Source of the DNA: Vicugna vicugna
Lineage: Eukaryota
Reading direction: 5' to 3'
Assembly (NCBI GenBank): GCA_013265495.1
Contig: MU058000.1
Location: 186,001 to 250,000, forward strand
DNA: 64,000 nucleotides
Of the stretch, positions 34,206-47,432 are shown piece by piece. The number at the start of each line of letters is the position of its first letter. Position 1 is the stretch's first letter. The notes beneath the pieces were generated by a model that worked only from the letters and a program-made list of their open reading frames with translations, was not told the origin of the DNA and searched no databases. The position numbers and the translations under genes were made by a program.

Positions 34206-37200
34206 GATCTACTCTGACATGACTTTGCTGACCTTCTAACCTGTCTTACTCCTCCTGCTTCTGGGTTGCATGCTGCTGTTTCTCCAATCTCGGTGTCATT
34301 CATTTGATCACAGAGTCAGATGAAAACTTGAACCTTTCAAAAACCTAAGGAGAAATCTTGTATCTCTGGCAAATCCCAAAGTTAATTTTCTATAATAAAG
34401 CTCTCCATTGAGATTTAATTAGTAAGGGGTGGGGAGAGAGCAATATAAATATCTATAAATATAGAAATAATTGTGAAGGATTCTCAAGTATTTCTTGAAA
34501 AATCCAACTTTATAAAAGAAAACACATTCAGGACAACAGTTCTGCTGTTTTGAACATTCTCCTTCCCATAGCTTGAGTTACAGGTTCACTGTCTCAACCT
34601 TGTTGAAAGCACAGGCATGCCACCAAGGGTAGAACATTAGAGTGCTCGGTGAAAATAAACTGGACTGAAAAGATGGAACTCCTTTTTCTTTTTCCAGCTA
34701 AAAAGTTCTTACCCTTGTTAACCATGGAATTATTCAGACACTAAATGTGACAAGTTCTAATATGCCTCTGGAGTATATTAAATTTAGCTCTATTCTACCT
34801 AAATCTAATGGGAAAGTTGTGAATATGCATACTTGAAACAAAATCAAAAGAAAACCCAGTCCAAATTTAACTTTTGGTAATGAAGAAAGAGACAAGAATG
34901 AATATTTATAGCATGTTACTAAATTCCCCTCCTCTGGTCATTACCTAATATCCAGGTTCCCATTTCTTTTTACTGGCCTATAGTCCACCTAAGCTCATTC
35001 AGACAGACCTTTCCTGTTCTGAGCTGTCCTGCCCTAACCTTAATGTGGTGTAAATAGCGCTAAACCACTCAGCCAGGTTTGGCTAAGTTGAAAATCCATT
35101 CATTTTCTAAGAATAGATTGAATTTTTTAAAAATGGTGGCATCTCTTTTTTCTCAAAAGGCAGAAATCTATTTTGCTCTTATATCTGGTGGCCATTAAAT
35201 GAAGATCAAGATTTTTTCAGGGAAATGACATAAAGAAGTAGCTGCACTTAATGTACGCCATAGACATGTAATTCCCACTAATACTAGGAAACAAACATGT
35301 AAAAAGCCTTATGGAAGGAAGGGAGGGAAAAAGGGAAGTTCGAAACTCTTTTTAATAAGGCAGCCAAAGGTCAGTTTTGAGCAAGAACAAGAGATCTTTT
35401 CTAACCAAACAAACAAACAGGTGGTATGTACTGATGTCAAGCAAGACAAAAAAATGTACCTTTAAAAATCCTTTTTTGAAGACAAGAACTTTTGAGTAAA
35501 CTGAGATGAAGCTGAAAGTCTCACCGAACATTCTGTCTCATATTACTGTGTATATTTTAAGTTTTGAAAAGCTATCACCAAAGCAAAGTACTTTATTTTA
35601 GATTGATCATTTAGATCTTCCAAGAACATGGGGGGAAAAATGAAAAGTTAATTGGTTTTTAATTCACCTAGTACAAGTTTAAAAAAGGTAATTTGTCATT
35701 TTTGATCTGACATTGCTTATGGGCATGGCAACTATAGAAGAATTATAGTAAGGGATCTAGAAAATGAGAAAGAGGAAATTGGTTTTGAGTCTTCTTAGGT
35801 TTTGCATCAACATTCTTTTGTTGCCTTTGTTTGAAAGCTTTACTGCCCTATTCATATTTATGCTTGTCAGCAAATTTCCCTTGGCTACATTTGAAAGGCA
35901 GCTGTTCATCCACGGTTTCGAATGAATAAAGAATTTATCAAAGCCAATTCTTGGCCCAGTGACATGATCTGATTTCTAGAAGAGTTGCCAGCTTCCTCCT
36001 TTTAAGAGACTCACAGTGTGTCACTTGGACCCAGGCAGCTTGCATATTTATTCTTAAATTAACTATTACTATATTTCAAAGATAATACTGAAAAAGTAGG
36101 ATAATCACTGCTGAGATGTGAAGGCTAGATGCAACTAGTAATGCAGTTTTTTAAACACTGCTATAGACACAGAATGTCTGTAACATGTTAAACTAAGAAG
36201 GATGCAGATTCCTCCCTGAAAGGTGACAATAGGTATAACAGATGTGGCACCCTTGCGAGCAGACTAGGTATGGCTGATTAAGCCAACTGACAAAACCTGG
36301 CTCGTGCAGTATATAAAGAGCTATTTCGATGTGGGAATACCATGGGCAAAATCATATTAGCTATAAAGATCGTCTCCCACGCTAGATGAGGATTCAGTTC
36401 CCAAAGTAATGCTTAAAGCTACATATGGGACCTCTGACAGGTCTCATCATTCAGGGAGCAACCAGCTGGTACAACAAAGTCATGTTTCCATGTTAAGTGA
36501 CCCACATGAACAGAAAGTTCCCGAAGGGGCAGATCTTTTAACTGAAAATAAGTTTTGCTCATTAAGACAAAAGTCATAAAGTACAGATAGGTCACAGTTT
36601 TGTTGGAAAAGATGTACTAAAGAGAAAAGTGGCAAGATTCGGTAATAATTTTGCCTCACAACAGGAATAGTCAAGGAAAAAAAACATAGGTTCCAAAATG
36701 TCCCTCTGCGTATCAAAATAATTCATCTTAACATTACGTTACAATCAATTACTATTACCTATTCAAGGGTCTGTCTTCTCCACCAGACTGTACACTTCCT
36801 GAGGGTGTGGGGCTTGACACACAGTAAATGCAGCTTAAATACTTGTTCAGTGAATGAGGACATGCATGCACCGGTATGTAACCAGAAAAATCACGGCAGC
36901 ACTGCCATCATTCATGGCTTCCCTTCATGTAACAAGCCTGAGCGATGTCTACAATTCCCCAATTTACTCAGCTGGGAAGCTCTACCCCTTTAAAAATTTG
37001 AAATGATTATACTAAATATAATGAAAAGCACTTGCTGATCTAAATAATTATGGTATTATCACTGGAATGTGATGATAACATTTCCATTTGCACTAATAGA
37101 ACAGGCCAGTATCAATCTGTTACACCAGAAACTACTGAATCAGGTATGCACTTCATTAGCAGCATTTGCTTTTTAAAAATTCATGCAAAACTATCCTAAA

Positions 37201-38049
37201 TAATGATGACACCCATTTTCCAAGTCAGATGTGCAGTTACAAGACAAATCAGCAGTACCTGTGATTCCTCAATTACGACGATGGATTCTGACTACCCATG
37301 CCCTTTATCAGGTGGTTTGAGAGTCCTTTTACAGAAGGACAACCCTAAACTTTCCCAGAATCCAAGACTATTTAACCGCAGTGTTCTCAGAGCCACACAG
37401 TGTATTCTAAAGGCTGTGTTTATCAGAGATTGCAAATTTGAGGCATGTGACAAATGCTTACAAATGGATGGGGAGGTCTTTTATGCACATTAAAGATACC
37501 ACGAATTATCAAGATAGTAACATCTTCAGTCTCTCAGTACTGTATTTTCTCCTCTTCTGTGCCCAAATATTCTAAATCCCTCAAAGACAGAATAAAATCT
37601 GGCTTTGAGATATGAAGAGGTCTAAATAACAGGATGGGGCTCACAGCACTTCAAATACTTTGTCTATATTTTGCCTTTGTAAAATTAAAAATCTTCAGTT
37701 TGTACATATCACCTGAATTAACATGCCAACTTATCATATGTTAAAATATTATTTGCTTATTGTATCATATCAATTAGTTCAGAGACACAAATGCAATAAT
37801 TGACACCCATATAATGACTGTTATTCTTGAGTTATGTGGCATTTTCTACATTCGACATTCTTGCCAATTATACAGAACATAAAATTAGTTCTTCTATCAG
37901 ATTTTATAATTGCAGTGATAAATCTAGAAGAGTCCACAACAAACACAAATTTAGCCTACATCAGATTTAGGTATAGAGAAACACGTGCTGAATAGCAATT
38001 TAAAAGCATTAACAGATCATTGTCGTGTCGCCTAGAATGTGTCAACAAT

Positions 38050-38235
38050 AACATTTACTAAGTGTTTGTTATTTTTAGGTACTATGCTAAGTACAGTTAA
38101 TCTGCACAACAGTTTTATAAGGTATACAGTATTATTTTTATCCACTATTTATGCCTGAGAGGAAACCGAGAATCAGAAATGTTATATAACAATGCCAAAG
38201 TCACAGGAGAGGCAATAAAGTGAAGCCAATTTTTT
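38050..38235. mobile_element. MIR
   Basis: 'acatttactaagtgttt', 'gaggaaaccgagaatcagaaatgtta..gccaaagtcacag'. Confidence 0.7.
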
Positions 38236-40855
38236 TAGCCATTTGGCTTTTCTGTGTCTCTGGAATTTTCCTTAAACAGAATTTAAATAAAATTTCCTTA
38301 TCCTGAAACAGAGAGAGAGATTTTGTCCAGATTATCAATTTTTTAAAAGTTCTACACAACCTCTTTAATTGTTTCTTCAGTTGGAAAAAATAAAATACAT
38401 ATTCGTATCCACTGACTTCCTCGTGTCTTTCTACAGAAAGCACACATACCAGGAATAGCTTAAACCCCACCCCAACCCTGTATTGGTAAGAGTAGGGGGA
38501 CTTTCAAAGCCACTTACTTTCCAAGTGGTGTCTGGAATCCCTTTGTGTTAGGGCCTTAAATTGAGCAGCCCACTAGAAAATGTGAGCCTAGGGATGTCTC
38601 TCAGGATGGCGTCATCCTGCCAGGTGGCACTTGGCTGATACAACGTGATTGTTATTGTCATTGATCATTTTTTATTTTGCCATAGCCTGTCTAATAAACC
38701 TCTTGGACTTTTCTTGTTAAAAAAAAAAAAAAAGCATCGTTGAAAACGGAGCAGAAGAGGCAAGACTGATGCTACTGCTTTGTCTGGTAGAGGAATACTT
38801 TTCATTTAAAACTCTTTTCATATTAACTTACTGGTTTCATTTTCAGACTATGGAAAAATTAGTGTCATCAGTATTCAGTTTCTTCAAGAAGCTGAAAGAA
38901 AAAAGTGGACTCAGATAAAAACGAATTAGCCTGGGGTCAAGCTGATGACAGTGTCAGGTAGTAGAGAAATTGTGTACCAAGTTATGAATTTTGCACATTA
39001 GATCGCAGAATGATGGTATTCATTTGAAACATGAAGTCATGGAGGGTGATTCACATATTTAAAACATTTCAATGTGAAAATGGCTAGGAAGCCCCTAAAA
39101 CCCAGGACAGTGCTAAACACTAAGCAAGGTTCAGTGGAGGCTTAATTGTTGAATGAAAGATCATTTGCCAGAACTAAGACTTGGTCACTTAATGAAACAG
39201 AAATATGGGGTTAAAAATTGGAACCAGTAAGTATTATAAAAAGAGGATTAAATAAAAAGTGCACCCCACCAGAGGCAGCAGTAGCATCAATCTTTCCTCT
39301 TCTTCTATTCCACTGTCAACAGGGCTAAGGCATTACTTCCATCTGTTTCAAACCAGAGTGTCCTAGTTTGTTATACTAATACTTGTCATTACTAGGATCA
39401 CCCCGGGATCTCAGAGCCACCATCAATGCACATACTTCATAGACACAAGAGGCCCTGAACAACCACAGAGGAAGCAGGAAATTGCTCTGCCTAGTGGTCC
39501 AAAGTCCTGAATCTATTTTAATTGCAGATACGTTTTTGCTTGTGATAGTAAACTGAAGACTCTCGCTTAAGAATAACAACAAAAAGAGTGCACATTGTTT
39601 TGCTGAATATTTATGTAACTGAGAGATCAGATTGTTTGCAAGAACTTCAGATGCACTTGTTACCTAGATACATTCAAATAAGCTGTAAATACAAACTAAC
39701 ATTGTTGCTTAAGAAAATACTGTGAAATTGTAATTTTATCTTTTCATTAAAGAAGGTTTTTTTTAAAAAAATTTTTTCCTGGGCAGTTTGACTTCAAATT
39801 ACTATATGTATTAAGCGATAATGCTTTATACTCCACAACTCAAAATTTTCACTAATGCTGCCTTGCAACTCCAACTAACGAGATTTAAAAAATGATCAGA
39901 ATAACCAACACACTATGAATTCAAAGCAGTGTTGGGGAGGGTGGATCAAATTGCTTAATGGACTAAAGAACATCAATTGCTTAATTATACAGAACACACT
40001 GGGCTGAAACAATATCACTCAGTTTCTATCAAATCTTCCATCTGCAGAGCTAGAAGCCTTCTGGCTGCTTAGCCAAATGCTCTTTTCCAATTTGGTAGTA
40101 CTACAAGATTTTTAGATACAAGCAACTTAATCTGAGCTGAATGCATGAGAAACAACAGTGACGACGTTTCAAATGACTCCAGCATCAGAGGATAATATTT
40201 GCTGAAAAACAAATAATAATAATTAATAAATAATTAATTAATTTAAACTGGGACTATACATCACTTGTGGGCACTAAAATATTTAGGAAAGTTAGTCTAA
40301 TCACTTTATGTCATGGAAGGTGGCTGACTTACATGTTTTACAGTAGTAACTCTGCTCCTGTTTAGAAAATATTAAGCATACTTTCAAATATTAAATTTTA
40401 AAGTCTAAAATTAAATTTATATCTAAAAATAAATAAGATTTCAGTCTCTAGAGAAGGTTACTTTACTACCTTTTCTGATTAATGACTGATGACAAATTTT
40501 CTTTAAAAATCAACTATCCTTAATGCATTGTTTTTCATTATAACTTTAGACTTTGCAAGGATCAAGATGAACCACCAAAGTCAATCTCTACTTTGTCTAT
40601 CCAATAATATAAAGCATTTAATTTCATAGCATGCAGTTGAATGGAGGATTTGCAACATTATAAAAGCTGGGGTAAAAAGGGTAAACTATGTAATAATAAT
40701 CTGCAACTTAGCATGTACTATACTTTTCACATATGTGATAATTAGATGGTGGGGTAATAGGCTTTTTTAAACACTGAAAGAGGAAAAATAAAACATTAGA
40801 CATGTCCCTGAGCTAGCCTCAGACAGGTCTTAGGGACCACACTGATATTTATATG

Positions 40856-41040
40856 ACACTGTCCAGTAGAACCTTCTGTGGTAATAGAAATGAACTAGAG
40901 CTGTTCAGCATGGAAGTCACTTAGTCACATGTGGCTGTTGAGTCTGGAAATGTGGCAGGTGCAAGTGAAAACCTGAAATTTTAATTTGATTCAGTTTTAC
41001 ATAGTTGCAATGTGGCTAGCGGCTTCTGTACTGGACAGTA
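40856..41040. mobile_element. MER3 (hAT-Charlie)
   Basis: TIRs 'ctgtccagtag'...'tactggacag'; internal 'agtcacatgtggctgttgag..gaaatgtggc'. Confidence 0.85.
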
Positions 41041-41124
41041 TAGTTCTATAGTTGACTTCTCTCTTATCAACTTTGACAATGATATTTTTGAGTGTCTGAA
41101 ATACAAAACAAGATAATTCTGCTA

Positions 41125-41500
41125 CTATGGTAGGCTGTGCTGCATCAATAAACAATCCTAATATCATGAGTGACTAAGGATTATTTTTATCATGCTCTGT
41201 GCTATCTTCATTATATGCTCCAGGCTGAGGGGGCAGACTCTCTCTGGGCTGCCAGCTTTAAAACAGAAGGAACCAAAAGAGAAACTGCTAACTGCAATCT
41301 GGCTTTTAAAATTTCTCTTTAAAAGTAATTCATGTCACTTCTATCCACATTTTATTGGTTAAAACTAACATGGCTTCTCTTGATTTCAACAGGATAGAGC
41401 CTAATGTCTAAGGGCCAACCTGATATCCATGGGACCAGGCAATATAATCTTTCCCCAAAGAGCAGCAGCAGAAATTTTACAACGGTATTAAAATCTACTG
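41125..41500 (-). mobile_element. Old MaLR LTR, antisense
   Basis: 'taggctgtgctgcatcaataaacaatcctaatatc', 'catgtcacttctatccacattttattgg'. Confidence 0.65.
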
Positions 41501-42564
41501 CTAGACTAAAATTTTAATTTCAGTCACTGAACGTATATAGGTTTTTGGACATTTTGCTTTACCCTGTTCACCAGTCAGGATACAAAATGCTTCCATACTT
41601 TTGTAAAGAACTCTTTCTTATCTACGTACCAACAACAACAACAACAAATCCCCCAAAAGTAGCAGCAACAGAAGTCAGGGCAGCAGCAATGACGCCGGTG
41701 CTTACACAGCCCCCTCCTCTGTGCCGGGCACTGTCGCGGGTACTTTGCATGATTCCACTGAATTCTCTTACCAGCTCCAGGCGGCTGGTGTCATTTCCCT
41801 CTGCTTCCTCATAAGAGAAGAAGTAGGGGCTCAGGCCCAAAGCAAGAGTCCCAGGAAACCGCAGTGCTCAATTTCATCACAAACATCTCCGCCAGGACTG
41901 ACTTCAAATCTCATTCTCGTTCCATATTTCAGCACTGTTACTATATGGCTGGCATCAACATTGCTCTTCATTCATTGTAATGTCAGGGTTTAGAGGTTGC
42001 TCCAGTGCAAAACACACCTGGTAACTCCTACTCTGCACTTCTCATCCCGTCTTTCCGTACTTCCATTCAAAGCAGCCCCCAGTGTAACTGTATCCACCAC
42101 TGGTAGAAAGATACTAAATCAATCTTCGCACCACCCTTCTTGGGAAATGTGTACTTCCAAGTAGAAATGTGGAAAATTAGCTGTATAACCTGGAATACAG
42201 GCTGACTTAAATGATGGACGTAGGGATAGAGACCTAGGTAGCACTTAACAACTGGAAATTGGAGATGCCCTTGAGTCTAGATGTTCTGGAAAGATGGTGA
42301 AGGGATGGCCCTAACGCCTCCTGTCAGCAGGAGTCAGAGGGGACAGAGGGAAAGACAGAGTTCAGATCAAAACTGACCCTTGACAGGGCTCAAAAATGAC
42401 TGAATAGATTCTGAAGAAACAACAGCACCAGGAACACAAGTTAGGCAATTAAACAACAAGCAAGCTGGGACAGAGCTATCACAGGGATGTAGCCAGCAAG
42501 CTGATGTTCTGACTAAACAAAGAGAAAGTAGAAAGAGGAAATGAGGGCAATGAGAATAATCCTG

Positions 42565-42765
42565 CATTAATTACTGACCCCGGTGGACAATGTGCTAAAC
42601 AACTGCTTACAACAGCTCTAGGACATGGGCATTATCATCTCCATTTTACGGATGAGGAAAAACAGGCCACGAAAGGAAAACTTCATTGCTTGAGTCACAA
42701 AGTAGAAGAGACAGGATTCAAAGCCAAGGTCTATCTTACTTTGGAGACAGGTTCATAACCTCTAA
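42565..42765. mobile_element. MIR
   Basis: 'attatcatctccattttacggatgaggaaaaacaggc', 'caggattcaaagccaaggtct'. Confidence 0.85.
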
Positions 42766-43907
42766 AGTCAGCATAATTTTTAAAAAGAAATGTTTGGGTG
42801 AGGGCATGCTTAAAATCAGGACCATATAGCGTTATCAGCTGATTTGATGCTAAAAACAAAAAACAAAACAAAACAAAAAAACTGTACCGTATGGCAGATT
42901 TCCCTTCTCAGCTGTCGGAACTGACTCTGGAAAGATGGAAACATGATTCTGCATTTTCAGCTTTCCTTCTGTGAGCACTGGTGATGATCTGACTGCAGCA
43001 TATGTATCTCATTAATGTAACCAGTAACTTAGACAAGCCTTAAAAGTAGGTTTACTTTAACAGCTGGAAGGAAACCAAAGAATAAACACCTCTGCCGGCT
43101 AGGTTTAAAACCAGAGAGAATAGTAAAAACCTACAAACTTAAAATGGATTTACTCTAACAGCACACCAAAAAAGCCAATTCCCAAGTGGCACGTAGAACA
43201 TGCCTACATTGTGCAGGTAGGTCAAAGGCAGGTGTACTTTAATTAGCTAGAGGTCTGTGGGCGTCTGATACAGACCTGAAACCTGACCATATGTTAAAAC
43301 AAACAAGTGAGCATTTCCTGATGGCACCAACAAAAAAACTAACAACATGAGATTAAAGGAAAGAAATGTCCAATTAATTGGTGATGGTCAGGAAACACGG
43401 AAGTTAATTAACTTGGGGGAAAGGGTACAGGGAAGAGACTGGAAGAAGAAAAGGGGGGACCCCAGGTTTAATGACTCTCTTGGCTTCAGCACTCACCCCT
43501 TTATTGTCAGGTACTATGGCTTGTGATGGGGAAAAATCAAACTCATGCTAGCATATACATCCTTATGCAGTGAGTAGAAAAGCAAAAGTTTTAAACTCCA
43601 TCAAAAGAAAAAAGAGATAATTCACAGGTTAAGCCTGAAGAAAACATAGGATATAAGCAACTCCAATTTCCAAATCCTGTCTAAATGGTTACTCTATGCT
43701 CCCTAATCTCTCCTCGGAAAAAAAAAAAAAGAAAGAAAAATTGAACAGATTGAGGTGCCTTATATTAGACAGAAATAAAAAGATCCTTTTTTCAAACAAA
43801 ATTAAAAGAAAGTAGGAGAATTGAACCAAGATAGCTGAGAAAATGCACCATTTTCTGCTCCAGGCCCCCAGGATAAAGCCCTGAGTAATCCTTTTTATAA
43901 ATCACTA

Positions 43908-44410
43908 GTGATCTTGAGAAAGAAAAAGAAAGATGGAGGCATATCATGCTCCCTAATTTCAAACCGTGTTACAAAGCTATAGTAATTAAAACACTAGGGC
44001 AGTGGCATAAAAATGGACACATACATCAGTGGAACAGAACAGAGACCCCAGAAATAAAATCATGCATATATGGTCAACTAATTTATGATAAAGGAGGCAA
44101 AAATAGACAATGAGAAAGGACAGCTTGTTCAATAAATGGATTGGGGAAAAGTGGATGGCCATGTGCAAAAAAAGAAAAAAGAAACTCATCCACTATCATA
44201 TCACACAATAATTAACTCAAAATGGATTAAGACTGTGATCTCTCTTACATGTGGAATCATTAAAAAAACCAAACTCATAGATCCAAAAAACAGACTGGCA
44301 CCGCCAGATGTGAGGAGATGGGGGAGTGAGAGAAGTGAGTAAACTGTGTCTTTTTATAATTTAAATAAACTGAATTAAAATTAAAAGTAAATACATACAT
44401 AAATAAAACA
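43908..44410 (+). mobile_element. 5'-truncated L1 with an internal deletion joining mid-ORF2 to the 3' UTR
   Basis: ORF2 motifs 'tacaaagctatagtaattaaaacac..tggcataaaaa..gacacatacatcagtggaacagaa' run to 'aactcaaaatggattaagac' (~44233), then jump to 'tgatctctcttacatgtggaatc'; A-rich tail. Confidence 0.85.
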
Positions 44411-45874
44411 GATAAAACAATAATATGGCAAGGAAGAAAGACAAGCACAGGTTAAATTTCCAAATTCTGTTGACACTAGAGGAAGAGATAAAGGAAGAGA
44501 AGGACCTGACTCCAGCATACGGGCAAAGCTTTGTCAGCGCTGGAGTTCTGACACCAGGATCTCACAGATTTGATTCTGGGGTATGATAAATAAGACAGGT
44601 CTTGGTAATATCCATCTACCAGGATGTAGGAAAGATTTAATTTCCAAGGAAATCAGTGCGACTCACAGGTCTCTGGTCACGTGCCCTGTCTGCTTCCCCA
44701 GTCAGGACCACTATTCTGTGAGAAGTTAACAGAGTCACAGGTACACATTAAATACAAATCCAATAGCGATTAAACATTTCAGGAAGAAACACCACCATTT
44801 ATTCCTTGACTCTACAAATGTTTATTAAGTACCTACTGCATAAATAACAAGAACTTCTTAAGATCACAGAAACCTAGGAGGGAACAAAACAAAGTTCTGT
44901 CCTTCTGGAATGTATGTTCTAGTGGGAAGGATAAGAATATCCAAATAAAGACATAAATACAATGTACCATGAGTCTGAGGAGAAAACAAAAGTAGGGTAG
45001 AAGGATTAGGGAGTAACAAGTGCCTAACAACAAAGTCAACCTCACAAAAGGGAGAAGAAACAATGTAGATAAAAGAAGGCACTGAAGAGCTTCCAACCAG
45101 GATGGCAGTCATTCCAGGTTTGACTGCTCCCCTTTGTTATAAAAACACACCAGTGATAAGCAATATATAAAAAGAAGAAACCAAAAAGTCCATACCATAT
45201 TCAGGATCCCAAACAAGGTAACCATTTCCATGAACATGAAGCCTCACAGCCCTCCAATGATGAGCATGGATGAAGCCACACACCAGTTTGGCTCCAGATC
45301 ATGAAGCAGGTGGCAGACAGGGAGTACAGTTCCTACAGGTAAGGAGGACCCAAAGTACTCATTCAAGGTAGGAAAATGGGCCCAACATCTTTGCTTAAAG
45401 CCAGAAACTTGGGGTAGGACTACAGACATTAGAAAGGAGGCCGATGGAAAATGCTGCCTAATGTTGCCTGAGGCTGTGAGGCCCACTGAAGCTGAAGAAC
45501 ACAGACACACCTTACAATTGGAAGCAACGGAGTAGCTGAGGGGCTGGGTAATAGGATATGAATCAGCCAATATCTTCCTAGAATCAAGTATCAGAGGTGA
45601 TGTGGGAAAGTGGGATAGTGGTAACTAAAAACTGTCACACAGGAAGCGGGTAATGTAGAGGGAGAGAGTGAGAAAATAATAGCAATAATCACAAATCAAA
45701 ATGAGCTTTTCAACCTCAAACTCAAAAACACCTGAAAAAAATCTCATGCTATAAAGCTGCCCAGCAAAACTGACATTCAGAATATGAACTTCCTTCAGAT
45801 TAGAATTGTATAGAGAGTTGTGAAAGACACTTTTTAAGTGATAAATTTATCATAATCGAAGAAATAATGATTCT

Positions 45875-45922
45875 GATGATGATGATACTGTGGTGGTGGT
45901 GGTGATAGTGAAGGTGATGGTG
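45875..45922. repeat. (GAT)/(GGT) low-complexity trinucleotide tract
   Basis: Read directly. Confidence 0.8.
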
Positions 45923-45944
45923 TCCACTACTAATAAAGAGAGTC

Positions 45945-46230
45945 AACAGTAACTAGAAACTTACTATGTGCGAGGCATTGTTCTCAACACGTTACATGAA
46001 GTAACTCATACATTTTACGCACAACTCTGGAAACAGGGTATATAAGGTTTATTTACTATAAGGTAAATATTTACATTACCCTGATTCTACTGATGAGTAA
46101 ATTGAGGCATGATCAAATTAAGTACCTTGTCTAAAGGGTGAGGGTAAGTCTGCTATGTGAAGAGCTGGAATTCAATTCCAGGGGCAGGCTGCTCCTGGAG
46201 CCTGCACTCTTGAATACACCATACTGTCTT
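45945..46230. mobile_element. MIR nested in the L1
   Basis: 'ttactatgtgcgaggcattgttct', 'gatgagtaaattgaggcat', 'gagctggaattcaattccagg'. Confidence 0.8.
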
Positions 46231-46899
46231 TCTGAAGGAAGGAGTAAGAAGCACTCGATATCATTTTTAAAAGAACAAGAAACTATGAAACACAATGAGG
46301 CAGAAATGAAACAATTTTTAGATATAAAGAATTATCAAAGTGAAATACTGAGAAGTGAAGATAGAATCATTCAGATTACAAACATGATAATTTCTGGACT
46401 GGACAAAATACATTTGAGAATTGGAAAATGAAAAGTGCTGGGGAATTCAGAATGTAGCAGAGACAAATAGACTGTTAAAATGACATGAAAGAGCAATCAT
46501 GTCACATGAAGAGTTCATTGAGAGGTTCTAATAATTGGTTAACAGGAGTTCTGGAGGGAGAAAATGAAAGGGATGTTAGAGATCCAATTTGGGAAGAAAT
46601 AACAGCTGAGAATCTTAAGAACTTAAGAAAGACGTGAGTTCCCAAATCCCAAGCTTGCTTGAAATATGAGGTAAATCACATTTTATCAGACATTATCAAA
46701 GTGAAATTATGAAACATTAACAAAAAGGTGACTATCTTAAAGGTTACTAGGGAGAGGCAGAGAATGCACAGAAGAAAAAAAAAAGACAACTATACCGACA
46801 GCAGATTTCTTGTTGGCAATAGTAACTCCCAATAAATAATGACATAATATTTTAAATGATTAAAAATAGTAAATTAGAATTTACTATTCAAATGAGTTT

Positions 46900-47205
46900 G
46901 TATCATTGATTTATATTACACACTGTCCCTTCTGATAAGAGAGTTATAGTTCCCCACCCCACTGACACAGGCCATACGATTTGTTTTGGCCAAAGAAATG
47001 GGAGGGGAAGTGACATGTGCCCCCTCTGTGGAGAAGCTTTACGAAACATAGTTTGGATCTGCTGTGGTTTTTCCTCCTTGCTACAAAGGTAACAAGTTCC
47101 AAGTTAAGGCTGCTCCAGCCTGATTCCCAAAATGAGCAGACACCAGCAGCTGACTAACAGTCAACTTGTAACATGAGCCAAAAATATACTTTTTCTGTAA
47201 TAGCA
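46900..47205 (+). mobile_element. Old MaLR LTR fragment nested in L1 ORF1
   Basis: 'ttgttttggccaaagaaatgggaggggaagtgacatgtgcc', 'tgtaacatgagc'. Confidence 0.65.
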
Positions 47206-47395
47206 AAAGGCTAAAATAAAAACATTTCCAGACATACACAGACTAAGACTCTCAGTAAAAAGGAAAAAAAAAAAAAAAGAAATATTAAATGACCTATTTC
47301 AGCAAGAAGAAAAATACAACAAGGAGAATGTAGGAGATGTAAGAAACAGATGTAGTTTAAAACTGAAAAAAAACTGCAGTTAAGTACTGAGTCCT

Positions 47396-47432
47396 AAAAA
47401 ACAAAACAAAGCAAAACAAAACAAAACAAAAC
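47396..47432. repeat. (CAAAA)n simple repeat
   Basis: Read directly. Confidence 0.85.
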
